This document shows positions 1 through 11,364 of a stretch of DNA of 64,000 bases, piece after piece. The position numbers and the translations under genes were made by a program. Source of the stretch: the human T2T-CHM13v2.0 reference genome, Homo sapiens; the NCBI RefSeq assembly GCF_009914755.1, contig NC_060930.1; one strand, given 5' to 3'. How positions within the stretch are numbered: position 1 is the stretch's first letter; every line of letters starts with the position of its first letter. The notes under the pieces were generated by a model, which made no database searches, was not told the DNA's origin, and worked only from the letters and a program-made list of their open reading frames with translations.

Positions 1-1115
1 CAAAAAGCTTCACAGCAAAGGAAACAATCAACAAAGTGAAGAGTCAGCCTAAAGAAAGGGAGATAATATTTGCAGACAATCCATCCAACACGGGATTAAT
101 AACCAGAATGTATAAGGAGCTCAAATAACTCAATAGCAAAAAAGCAAATAATCCAATTAAAAATAGGCAAATAGTCTGAATAGATATTCTCAAAACAAGA
201 TATCCAATGGCCAACAGGTATATGCAAAAATGTTCAACACTCACTAATAAACAGGGAAATGCAAATTAAAACCTCAGTGAGATATTATCTCACCCCAGTT
301 AAATCGATTATTATCAGAAAGACAGAAAATAACAGATGCTAGTGAAGATTCAGAAAAAGGGAAATGTTCGTACACTGTTTTGGGGAATGCAAATTAATAC
401 AGCCACTATGGAAAACAATATGGAGGAACCTCAAAAAAGTAAAGATAGAACTGTCATATGATACAGCAATCCCACTGCTATTTATATACCCAGAAGAAAG
501 AAAATCAGATATCAAAGTGCTCTCTGTATTCACATGTCTATTGTAGCAATATTCACAATAGCCAAATTGTGGAATCCATCTCAGTGTCTATCAACAAAAG
601 AATGGATGGAGAAATTTGGTATGTACACATCATGGAATAATATTCGGCCATAAGAATGTATGAAATCCTGTCATTTGTAGCATCATGGATGGAACTGGAA
701 GACGTGATGTTAAGTGAAATAAACCAGGAACAGAAAGACAGTATTGCATTATCTTACTCATAGGTGAGAGCTACAAAAATTGATCTAATGTAAATAGAAT
801 AGTGGTTACCAGAAAGCAGAAAATGTATTGGAAAAGAAGGGGAGAATAAAAAGAGGGTTAAAAAATACAGTTAGATAAAAAAAAAATAAGTTCTAGTGTT
901 CAATTGCACAATAGGGCAACTATAGTGAACAATAATTTATTGTATATTTCAAAACAGCTAAAATATAATATTTGGAATATTCCTAAAACCAATGTTTGAG
1001 GTGATGGGTATCCCAACTACGCTGATTTGTTAATTACACATTGTATGCTTGTATAAAAGTATCACATGTACCCCATAAATATGTACAGGTGTTACGTTTC
1101 TATTTCAAAAATAAA
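1..1115 (+). mobile_element. L1MA-type LINE-1, ORF2 3' end plus 3' UTR (runs off the window start)
   Basis: Degenerate ORF2 C-terminal translation ([22 protein letters not shown]) and an L1MA-like 3' UTR ending catgtaccccataaatatgtac...aaaaataaa. Confidence 0.9.
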
Positions 1116-1415
1116 CTTGATGAAAGGGAATAATATTAGCAAATAAAAGATTATTTTGCTAACATAAAACTAATCTAATAGGTTCTGATAAAGATAAGTT
1201 TACCAGCACTTTCAGGTTTTTCATATGAGCCTTGAGGTTATTTCCGTTATTTTTCATACTTACTCGTTGAATGAAGGTTCTGTCTCTCAAAATATGACTT
1301 TAAGGTAGACTAATAATACTAATTATATCACACATAGCTAAACTATAACTTCAAAATACTCATTGTTATTGTTTTAACCTATGGCTAATAATTGAAATTG
1401 TCTATATAAGATATT

Positions 1416-1788
1416 TGATATGGTTTGGCTCTGTGTCCCACCCAAATATCATCTTGAATTGTAATCCCCATAATCCCCACCTGTTGAGAGAGAGACCAGG
1501 TGGGAGGTGATTGGATTGTGGAGGCAGTTGTCCCCATGCTGTTCTCATGAAAGTGAGTGACTTCTCAGGAGATCTGATGGTTTGATAAGTGTTTGACAGT
1601 TCCTCTTTTAGACACTTTCTCTTTCCTACTCTTGTGAAGAAGGTGCCTGCTTCCCTTTCCGCCATAAATGTAAGTGTCCTGAGGCCTCCCCAGCCATGTG
1701 GAAATGTGAATCCATTAAGCCTCTTTTCTTTATGAATTACCCAGGCTCACAGAAGTTCTTTAGGGTGGTGTGAAAATGTACTAACACA
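1416..1788 (+). mobile_element. THE1 (THE1C/D-like) MaLR solo LTR
   Basis: Starts TGATATGGTTTGGCTCTGTGTCCC and ends ...ctaacaCA. The 5-bp TSD is atatt (1411-1415) / atctt (1789-1793). Confidence 0.9.
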
Positions 1789-2989
1789 ATCTTCATAATA
1801 TATTCTGTACTTAGATTCTCCTATTATTTCCCATCCTATATTTAAATGTAGAGGCTCTACCTAAGTCCTATGAGTTATCCCTCATTTTTCTTTATAGAAT
1901 TAGAAAATAACTTCTATGAAATGAACCATGCCTGTAGAATCATGAGATAATAAGTAAAAATTAGGTAAATCTTAGAATAATGAAGATAATTTTTAAAAGG
2001 TGTACAATTGTATCATGAGGATAATAGCAGGTAGAATGTGAGAAGGCTTTTCTTATTGGAGTACCAAGTGTTCTTTTGGTAATAACTCCAAATTTAAATT
2101 TGAATAACATATTTAATTTAAATAAATTCTATGCATTTTTTAGTCTATTTTAATGTAGTTTTCAACACAAATTATTAACTTACTCATATACTTTTGCTTA
2201 CTTTATGAACTGCCAATTATATATTTCGCTGTTTTCCTCAATTAAATTCTTCATACACTTCACAACTCAGTTGACTTTTACATTAATGAAAATCTTTTTC
2301 TCAGAAAACAGAATGCAAGCAAATTTAAAGTGGTATAATAATTTCATTTCTCCCATTTATTTTGTATCCTTTAATCCTATTTTCTGTTTTGGGATTCCTC
2401 TACACAAATTTTTTCAGCCTTTGCTAAAATAAAATAGAAAACTACATGAAGCACACGTTCAACTAACAGCTATTTGTTGATCGATTGATTATTAGATTGA
2501 CTGAGTCATTCATTCTTATTTAAAAGTACCATGTCGAATGCATTTTCTTACTGTCATGAGCCATTTAACTAATTAGGGTAATATTTATATTATCTAAATC
2601 TTAGCTATAAAAGAAATACTAGAATATTAATTAGTATACCTGTGTTTTAGTTTTGGTCAATTATCAATTTTTACAAATTATTAAATATTTCTGGAAGGAG
2701 GTTACTCATCTGTAAGATTATATGGGTATAGTAAATGATCTCAAGTTTTTGGGTTGTTTTATCATAAAATTATGTTAATTTTTACTTTGCAAGCATGTTT
2801 ATCTTAATTAACTATAATGCCTCACATTACACATATAAATTTCATGAATGTCACTACGATACATAGATTTTCCTAGATCTCAGAAATTAATGAAATATTT
2901 ATTATGAAAATCAGAGTAATATTTTATTCTTTATTGGGTACCTTTATTCTTTATTGGGTACCTATTAGCTTTCTATCACTGAAGGGATG

Positions 2990-3702
2990 TGTATATATAT
3001 GTGTATATATATCTTTATATATATATTTCAATATATAATATATATCTTTATATACAATATATATTATATATTATATATATTATATTATATTAATATATAT
3101 AATATATAATATATAATATATATAATATATAATATAATATATATTATATATAATATAATATATATATTAATATAATATATATAAATATAATATATATTAT
3201 ATATATTTATATATATAAAATATATGATATATAATGTATAATATATGATATATAATGTATAATATATCATATATAATGTATAATGTATGATATATAGTGT
3301 ATAATATATACTATATATTATGCATAATATATACTATATATTATGCATAATGTATAGTATATATTATGCATAATGTATGCTATATATTATGCATAATGTA
3401 TACTATATATTATGCATAATGTATACTATATATTATGTATAATGTATACTATATATTATGTATAATGTATAATATATTTATGTATAATATATATTATGTA
3501 TAATATATAATATCTTTATATATAATATGTAATATATATTTATGTCAATTTATATTATAAATATAATATAATTCATATATTATATATATTATTAATATGA
3601 TATAATTTATATATAATATATTATTTTATTATTAATATATTATTTTATTATTAATAGTATATAGAGATATATTATTATATATTATATATAAATATATATA
3701 TA
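2990..3702. repeat. AT-rich compound micro/minisatellite
   Basis: About 700 bp of almost pure A/T, including tandem ~19-bp units and ~23-bp units (tatactatatattatgcataatg). Confidence 0.95.
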
Positions 3703-5899
3703 AAACAATTTTTTATCATTTGAGAAAAATGAGGTGTAAGAAAATTGTGCTATTTGTCCTTTGATAAGGAAGCTAGTAAATCTTGAAGTCATATTTGCAT
3801 CCTTAACTGCCATGATATATTGTTTTCCAAAACTGAGGAAGAGAAAACAAGCACATTTATTGATATAGCACAAATGTTGACTGATAGTGTTCTTTATGAT
3901 CAAATATCTGGTCTTCAGTTTTCTTAAGAACTCAATATTTTCCTATAAATAGTATAACATTCTAAGATTTCTTTCCCTAAATTTTGAGCTATCATTAATA
4001 AAAGTGACTTGTTAACTATTGTTATGTCAAATGTAAATGGATGCATATTAATTTAAAAATTTAGATGCCTTGTTAAAAATATTACTTATAGCTGAGTTGC
4101 TCTATGAATCAATCTAATTGGACTTAACAGAAGTAGATAATTTTAATTGAAAAAAATGACTAGAATAGTTTTGAAACATCATTATTAATGTCAGGTATAC
4201 GTAGAAAGTGTATTTAACATTGATATCTCACTTCTAAGAGATAATGTTTTAAATATTAAAATGAAAATTGCTTTGTGTAGCTTTTTAAAACAATTATTTT
4301 AAAGAATCTTTCAACTTTATTATTTATTTTGTACAGTGTTGAGTCTGCTCTTCATCTGAATTATCCAAAAAATAATTATATGTATTTGTTATTCTAGTTT
4401 GAAATGAATAAATTTATAGCTTACTTGTCATTATCATTGATGAGAATTTCTATATTGATAACTTATTATTGTGATTTAAAATAAGAAAAATAAAATTTTA
4501 TCCAAAATATTTATCAATGAATCTTTTACTGACAAACATTACAAAGATGAGTAATTATATTATGTGTTTTAAAAATTCAACTTATCTCTCCACAAACTGA
4601 AATTTTTAAAAATATGGTCACACTTATAATTGTCTAATATAACTTCAATTGACTTGATTATTATTAAAAGTTAAATTTATTTTTTTAAGAAATGTGTAAA
4701 TAATTGCTAACTGTTTCTTCGCTTTCTAATGAATAATTTTACCAACTTCCATAAACTTCAGTTGTTCTATGTAATTATAAAATGTGATATCTGGGCCCCC
4801 AGAAAATAATCATATTTTTACTTTAAACATTAATATTTAAAATGTTTATATGCTCTAGTAGTCTTATTAAAAAAAGAAAGCCACTCCAACATTTTAAGTG
4901 TACAAACAACTGAAACAGAATGTTTACATTTCTTAAAGATTATAAGTCATAATATATTACAAATGTAAAATTGTGCCTTTGTCACATGTGACTCCTATAG
5001 CCATATATGACATATGTTTGGATCTAAAGTGCAAAAATATAATTTGGAATATCAATGAATATCAAATGTATGATAGCATTAGAATTTATTTGGAATTTGG
5101 AAGAGTTCATTCCCCATCTCAACAATATGTAATAAACATAATTGTTTATAAATAATGTTTTTTTCAGAATTTTTTTTACTCCAAATACTTTATATATAGA
5201 TATAATACGATTTAGTTAACTAATTATTGATTTACTTGTATTGTACAATCTTTCTTTTGCATTACATAAAATAATACCATGTTGAATATCATTTACTTAA
5301 GTCTATGTTTATCTTCTGTATCTTTCTTAGGATAACTCAAAAGACATGAATTTTAGGTCAAGTATATATATATATATTTGACAAAATATATACATATCTG
5401 ACAAAATATGTGTATATTTGACACACACATATACATATTTGACATATATATGTGTGTGTATATATATATATATATATATTTAAGGCTTTTAGGACACATT
5501 ATTGAGTTGTCTTGAGAAATGTGCCAATGTCTTTTTTTCAGAGCAACAAATTTTCTTTAATCTGCTCTTAGCCTACTGCCTAGTTCTCCAAATCTTTCCT
5601 ATATCTTGTTCACATTACTGGCCTTCTTTTAGTCCATTTGACATATTAGGCTCTTGTTTATTTTCCAGACTAGGTCTATCTACATTTGCCATTCTCACTA
5701 CATGCAGTGCCACTAACCACTCCCTCTCTAATCCCTGCTCTTTATACAGATATTTATTTAAATGTACATTCCAAGAAAAGCCTTTGCTGGTATCTCAAGT
5801 CCTGACGTTACATAGTATTGTCGAACTCTGTGTTTATCTGTAGCACTTCACTTGATTTCTAAATATGTATAAATAAAAAGGTTTCAATAGCATTAGATG

Positions 5900-6380
5900 T
5901 CTGTGTTTGATATAATCAGATACCTTATCAGACTCTGTTGATGATTGTATGATTTTTCTTCTCAGATATAAAACCCCTGGGTTTGTCTTATTAGTTGATT
6001 TAGCAAATAAAATAAGTAACTAGCCAAAATGTACCATTCTTCAAGTCTAAGCCTCAAGTATTCTTGTTCATTTTTGCTCTTTTGCAGACTCCTCGCTCTC
6101 CTGGGAAAATGAACCCATATTAGCTTGATAGAGGATAAGAAACCATTTGAAGAGTTGAGGCATGATATCTGTTGGTCAGCCAAGCCCTAGGAGAAGGACC
6201 TCTAAGCCAGCCTGCATTTAATTAACCTCAAATGCATGAAGTAGCTAAGCCCAATAAAAGGACCCAGTTGAACCCAGTTTAAATTCCCATGATAATACAA
6301 ATTATTACCAAAATAAATATATTTTGTTTTAAGCTACTGAGTTTGGAGATCTTATTATGTAGCAGTAAGTTCTTGATACA
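5900..6380 (+). mobile_element. Old MLT1-type MaLR LTR fragment
   Basis: 3' end tgttttaagctactgagtttggagatcttattatgtagcagtaagttcttgataca resembles the MLT1 terminus. Confidence 0.55.
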
Positions 6381-6899
6381 GAAAAGTTATATTTATTTCT
6401 TATTCTGTCTTTTAAAGTTTCGGTTTATAAAGATGGTACCTATGTTATTCAAAGTTTAGCTATTCATAACTGTTAAATATGCATTATGAATTGTGACTTT
6501 TAATATCATATTATCTTTTCTTTTCTTAAAGAACTTTTGAGGTACAACTCTGCCTTGTCTTAGATCAAGATCTCAATCTCTGCTGTTTTTCTCTTTTTAA
6601 AGCTGTCTAGGATACCTTTTCTAATTTGGTTATATTAGCCTTTTTCTCACTATTTTTCTGTAACCAGCATAAAAACTGGTTTTACTTCTTGAGTCAATTT
6701 GAAGATCCTTTTTTATTTAATAGATGAGGTAAACTCATTTGATGCTTTTATATATCTGGTATGGCTGATCAAATGTTTTATTTTGTTATATTTATTTTGT
6801 GTTTTCTTATCTGTATAATCTCTTTTCTTTGTATTTTAACATATGTTTCGGTTTTGATAGTGCCTATTATTTTACTTTTAGTGATTATTTTGAAAATTG

Positions 6900-8430
6900 A
6901 TAAAAATCATGGAAATCTTGTAAAAATATATTAAGATATATACATTATTTTTCATATTACTTGAATGAATTTTCAAATTATAAAGCCCTAAACTATGTCC
7001 ACAAAAGTTACTAAAATTAAAAAGAGGTGAGCTAGGTTCCTGGATACAAAATAAATATAAATATATCACCTGAATTTTATGTATAAGACAAACAGATAAA
7101 AATAAAATTTTGTGAAAGCTCAAGTGAATAAATAAATAAATTATATTCTCAGATTGGAGAACTTAGTATTGTAAAAACAACAATTTCTGAAAAGTCATTT
7201 AATTTAATGCAATTCCATTTAAAATCCCAACCGATGTTGGGGGAACTTGAAAGCTGTTTTAAAATTTTGTAGTCTCCCCGAAAAAACTGGGAGACTCTCA
7301 ATAAAGAACAAAGCAAGAAAAAAAAATCAGGTAGGAAGATCCACCTTGCCAAATATCTAGACTTATTTTGATCTTATAGTAATTAATTCAGCATGTTATT
7401 GATTCCAGAATAGATATAGACCACCAACACAAAAATATAAACTTCAATAACATAGTATATAATATAGATAAATCCTTCATACATGACAGAGATGGCGTTG
7501 ACAAGCGCTGGGGAAAGGATTATCTCTTCAATTGACAAAGGACAATTGCATATTTATGAGAAAGAGAATGCCTAATTGAACCCCTGACACACACCTTATT
7601 GAATAATCATATGTATTCAATGCTTAAATATGAAAAGTTAAAGTAAGGCTTTTAAAAGCAAGTCTTATATGAAATTTAACAGAATATCTTCACAACCTTG
7701 GGATTGTAAGGGATTTCTTAAACAAGAAAGCAACAACACTAGGGGGTAAAAGAAAAAAAGAAAAGGAAAAACTAGACCAATGCACTAATGTTCTCATTAT
7801 AATTGTTATAGTCAGCAATTTTTTTGTGACCAACAGATAATATTTAAATATGTTCATAACAGTTTGAACGTACAATTTTATGTATATTGAATCTAATTCT
7901 TAAATTGTATTTGTATTTGGAAAATCTTTGTTTTCTATTACACATTTATACATATATATACATTTTCTATTTTTTATATACATATATATATACACACACA
8001 TGCATTTACTCAAGTATCAGCAAACTAAAGACAGTAATTTTTTTAACGCTATACAATGAGAGAAGTGGTAAAATAGACATTAAAATTTTTAAAAAATCTA
8101 TTCAGTGAAAGACATTCTAAGATTAAAAACACAATGCAAGGTATGGGAGATATGCAGCATATTAATTGCCAAGAGAGTTTAGTGTTGAGAAATTCTTAAT
8201 CATTGTAAATAATCAAATCAACTAGAAAAACTGGCAAAAACAATCTTCAGAAAAACAAACATAAATAAACACTTTATGAGGATTCCTCAATGTCTGATAA
8301 CACGAGAATTGCTCAACTTTATGATCCTCAGGAAAATGAATGTTAAAATTATGATATCAGCAGATCATCAAATGTTTAAAAGTCTCACAATTTTAAATGT
8401 CAGCAAGGTTGCTGACCAGCAGGAGCACTG
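6900..8430 (+). mobile_element. Ancient L1M/L1ME ORF2 fragments
   Basis: Degenerate ORF2-like segments (gattggagaacttagtattgtaaaa, tttaatgcaattccatttaaaatcccaa, gctggggaaaggattatctcttcaat). Confidence 0.6.
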
Positions 8431-8489
8431 GACAAACAAGACTTCAATTCCCTTTAGAAATCTCATTGGTATTTATGGCTATAAATAGG

Positions 8490-8902
8490 AATGACATATG
8501 AAAATATTATGCTAAGTGTAAAAAGCCACACACAGAAATAAAAATATTGTACATGATCTCACATGTAGCATCTAAAATAAAAAGAAAAAGTTGAGTACAT
8601 AGACACAGAGAGCAGAACAGTTGTTGAGAATGGGGAGATGTTGCCAAAGGGCACCAAGTTGCAATAAAGTATGATGACTATGTCTGGAGATCTAATGTAA
8701 AGCATGATAATTAGAGTTAATAATACTGTGTCATATACTGGAAATTTGCTGAAAAAGCAGACTTATTTGCTTTTACCACACACTCATACACATACACAAA
8801 AGTGTGAGATGATGTATATGTTACTTGGCTTCACTGTAGTAATCAATTCGCTGGGTATATTTACATAAAAAAGTCATGATTTACATCATATATACATGAA
8901 AC
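8490..8902 (+). mobile_element. L1MA (L1MA8/9-like) 3' end
   Basis: attatgctaagtg...ggagatctaatgtaaagcatg...aataatactgtgtcatatactggaaatttgctg; the A-tail has decayed into the following GA-rich repeat. Confidence 0.8.
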
Positions 8903-9082
8903 AAGAAAGAAGGGGAGAAGAAAAGAAGGAAGGAAGGAAGAAAGGGAGGGAGGGAGGGAAGAAGAAATAAAGGAAGGGAAGGGAAGGGAGGGGAAGGGGA
9001 GGGGAGGGGAACGAAGGGAAGGGAAAGGGAAGGGAGGGGAAGAAGGGAGGGAGGAAGGGGGTGAAGGGAAAGGAAAGGAAAA
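8903..9082 (+). repeat. Polypurine (GGAA/GGGAA/GGGA)n microsatellite
   Basis: Seen directly; positioned as the tail of the upstream L1. Confidence 0.95.
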
Positions 9083-10180
9083 TGAGCAAGGTAGCTGCTC
9101 ATGGGTGGCATTCACTAAAGCTAAACATATTCCATGAGGAGCAATTCCAAACTGACGGAAATGCTTAGAGGCCACTCAAAATAATAGGAAGTGGAGCCCA
9201 ACTTGTCATGGTAGCACAGTAAAAATATGTAAAGGCCCAACACTAGCAGGTCGGATAAAGAAATGGCGGTGCGGCCGTGGTGGGAAAGAGTAACCATCAG
9301 TGAAAACCAACCAGCCACCACTGTGGGCACCCTCACTCATGCAGCGAGCAGGTGGACAGTGCCCCTGTCCCCTCTGAGTCCCCTGGGATCTGCAGGACTG
9401 TTCAAGGACAGATTCCCTTATAAATTCAGTAAGGTCTTGGAATCAGGGTCTTTCTGGTTCACAAATCATCTCTTTCTTTGGGCATTAGAGGAGTCCTGTG
9501 GAGTCAAAGCATAATGCAGAATCTGGCCAACAATGGGAGGTACAGGGGTCCTAAGGCCAGGCTAGGGTTGGGTCAGCCGTAGAGCCCTACTGGGCACCAG
9601 GCACAGGGCCCTCAGGTTTGGCTATGGCTTGGAACAGTGGGTCCTGCTGCTTTAAAGATTCCCAAGTGGCTGGGCCAAAGGAATGACAAAAGAATTGCAA
9701 AAATTTGCCGCTCTCTCCTAACACGGAACCCACAGGTGCGGGGCTCCCCCAGTATGTGCCAGGCACCCTCGCCTCCCTCACCTCACTCCACTATCACTGG
9801 AGCTGATGCTGTAGCTGCTGCCTAGAGTATCTGGCCTGGCTTTTCTCATGCCACACCGGTATTTGGTGCTCCTTCAGGTGGAGACTTTTGGCCCAACTGA
9901 GCCTGCCAGCCCAGTGCTTTCCCTTCTGGTAGGTTGGGTATTTGTTCTATTCAAAATAAAGCTCTTGAAGCTGTTTCTTTCTGTGGACCATGGGTTTCTG
10001 CTGCTGTTTTCTTGGGCACCCTGGGCATGATGGGAAGTCCATGAGATATCTTGCATCTTTGTCCCTGATTTGTTTCTTGTAGATGAGGCTGTCCTCACAA
10101 GACCCTGGCTTAAATGCTTCCCTCCAAGCTGTGCCCATCCAAGCCCACTCTGCTGGTGCTGATGCCAACCCTGTCTCACC
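9083..10180 (-). pseudogene. Processed pseudogene of a TPRX-family (tetrapeptide-repeat homeobox, PRD class) gene; CDS remnant 10056->9418, homeobox 10006->9815
   Basis: The minus strand reads MQD at ATG 10056. After a frameshift it continues PRKQQQKPMVHRKKQLQELYFE*NKYPTYQKGKHWAGRLSWAKSLHLKEHQIPVWHEKSQARYSRQQLQ, then LGIFKAAGPTV, GAQ*GSTADPTLAWP*DP and VNQKDPDSKTLLNL*. These are collinear with recalled human TPRX1 motifs (MQDPG, PRRQRQERTVY, YFQKDQYPNY, LREQQLQVWFKNRRAK, GILPAAEPT, LWPQSPD, VNENHSGPRLLLDL*). No intron is present at the PRD-class codon 46/47 position (9857/9856). Multiple stops and frameshifts; GC-rich island in an AT-rich context. Confidence 0.85.
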
Positions 10181-10744
10181 ATATGTTTTTTAAATAGAGA
10201 TATATTGCATAAACACACTTAATAGTCACACAATAATCACACAAACAATAGTCAAGTGGCAAATATTGAATATAGGTAAAGAATTTAAATAATATAACTA
10301 ACAACGTTTATAAAGACATATTTTATACATAATTTCATGATATTTGATTTAACATTCTACTTCTTGGACTATGGAACGCTTGCTGTGCGGTATCAGTTGG
10401 AAATATATAGCAAGAGTGAATGTGTTCATCAACAAGTCAATGTTTTAATTTCACATTTTATCAGTCAGCTTTTGAAATGTTCTAAAAGTTCCTTGCTAGC
10501 ACATTGAGAACATGACTTTTTGAATTACATCATGTATTTTGATATAAGGTGATTTGGCAGTACTTTGGGTTCTTTAGACAGAAAGCTTTCTAAAATTGTA
10601 ACATTATTAATTCTCTTAACTTGTCCCTCAATTTTACTTGGCTGACATAATGACAAGGAAAATGCCCGGAGGACACAGGAATAATAACATAAGGTATCTT
10701 TGAAAGAAATAAAATATATATTTCTGGTTTGCATCATTTTAGGA

Positions 10745-11364
10745 GAGCACACAAGATGTCTATCCCCTGTGTGTATGCCTATATAATCCTCTCACCTTTA
10801 GTATTAGCCGGACAAGTGATTATGATGGAATATCACTCCATGATTAGATTACATTATATGGCAAAGGTTAAGTGATTGTGGAGGTGTGATTAAGTTTCCT
10901 AATCAGTTGATTTTACATTAATCAAAAGGGAAATTATTCTTGGTGGGCTGTAATTAATAATCTGAGCTCCTTAAAATGTAGTCTAGAAGTCAGAAAGAAA
11001 AAGTCAGAAAAGTTCAAAGGAGGAGGGAAACTTCCTTTCTTGTCTTAAAGAATCAAAATGCCATGTTGTGGAGAGGATTACATGGCATAGAATAGCAGAT
11101 TTCCTTGAGGAGCTTAGAGCCTTATTCACACAGCTACAAGAAACTAAATTCTGATAACAACCAAGTGAACTTAGAAGAGAAACCTGAATTTCAAGTTAGA
11201 TCACAGACCTTCCAACACCTAGATATTAGTTCAGTGAAACTGATTACAACTGTCTAATCTATGCCTGGACCCTTAAAGCACTGAAACCGCAATATAATAA
11301 AATTATATTGGTTTAATAGTTACGGTTGTGATAATTTGATAAACAATAATATAAAATTAATACA
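10745..11364 (+). mobile_element. MLT1 (MLT1E-like) MaLR solo LTR
   Basis: tgattagattacattatatggcaaagg...ctaatcagttgattt...aaagggaaattattcttggtgggc; ends ttgtgataatttg...aattaataca. Confidence 0.75.
10841..10851 (-). promoter_or_regulatory. Perfect DUX4 consensus motif (TAATCTAATCA) in MLT1 LTR
   Basis: The plus strand reads tgattagatta. Motif match only; binding is not shown. Confidence 0.45.

Noticed and set aside
2923-2962. 20-bp tandem duplication (tttattctttattgggtacc x2), and similar short arrays at 5355-5450 and 26111-26198
   Set aside because: These are ordinary slippage duplications with no spacers, so they are not CRISPR-like, and the DNA is eukaryotic.
9874-10218. 114-aa ORF and the other overlapping ORFs at 9121-10168 as real CDS
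   Set aside because: They are alternate-frame or antisense readings of the TPRX pseudogene. The homeobox frame has a stop at 9947-9949 and has lost WFKNRR.
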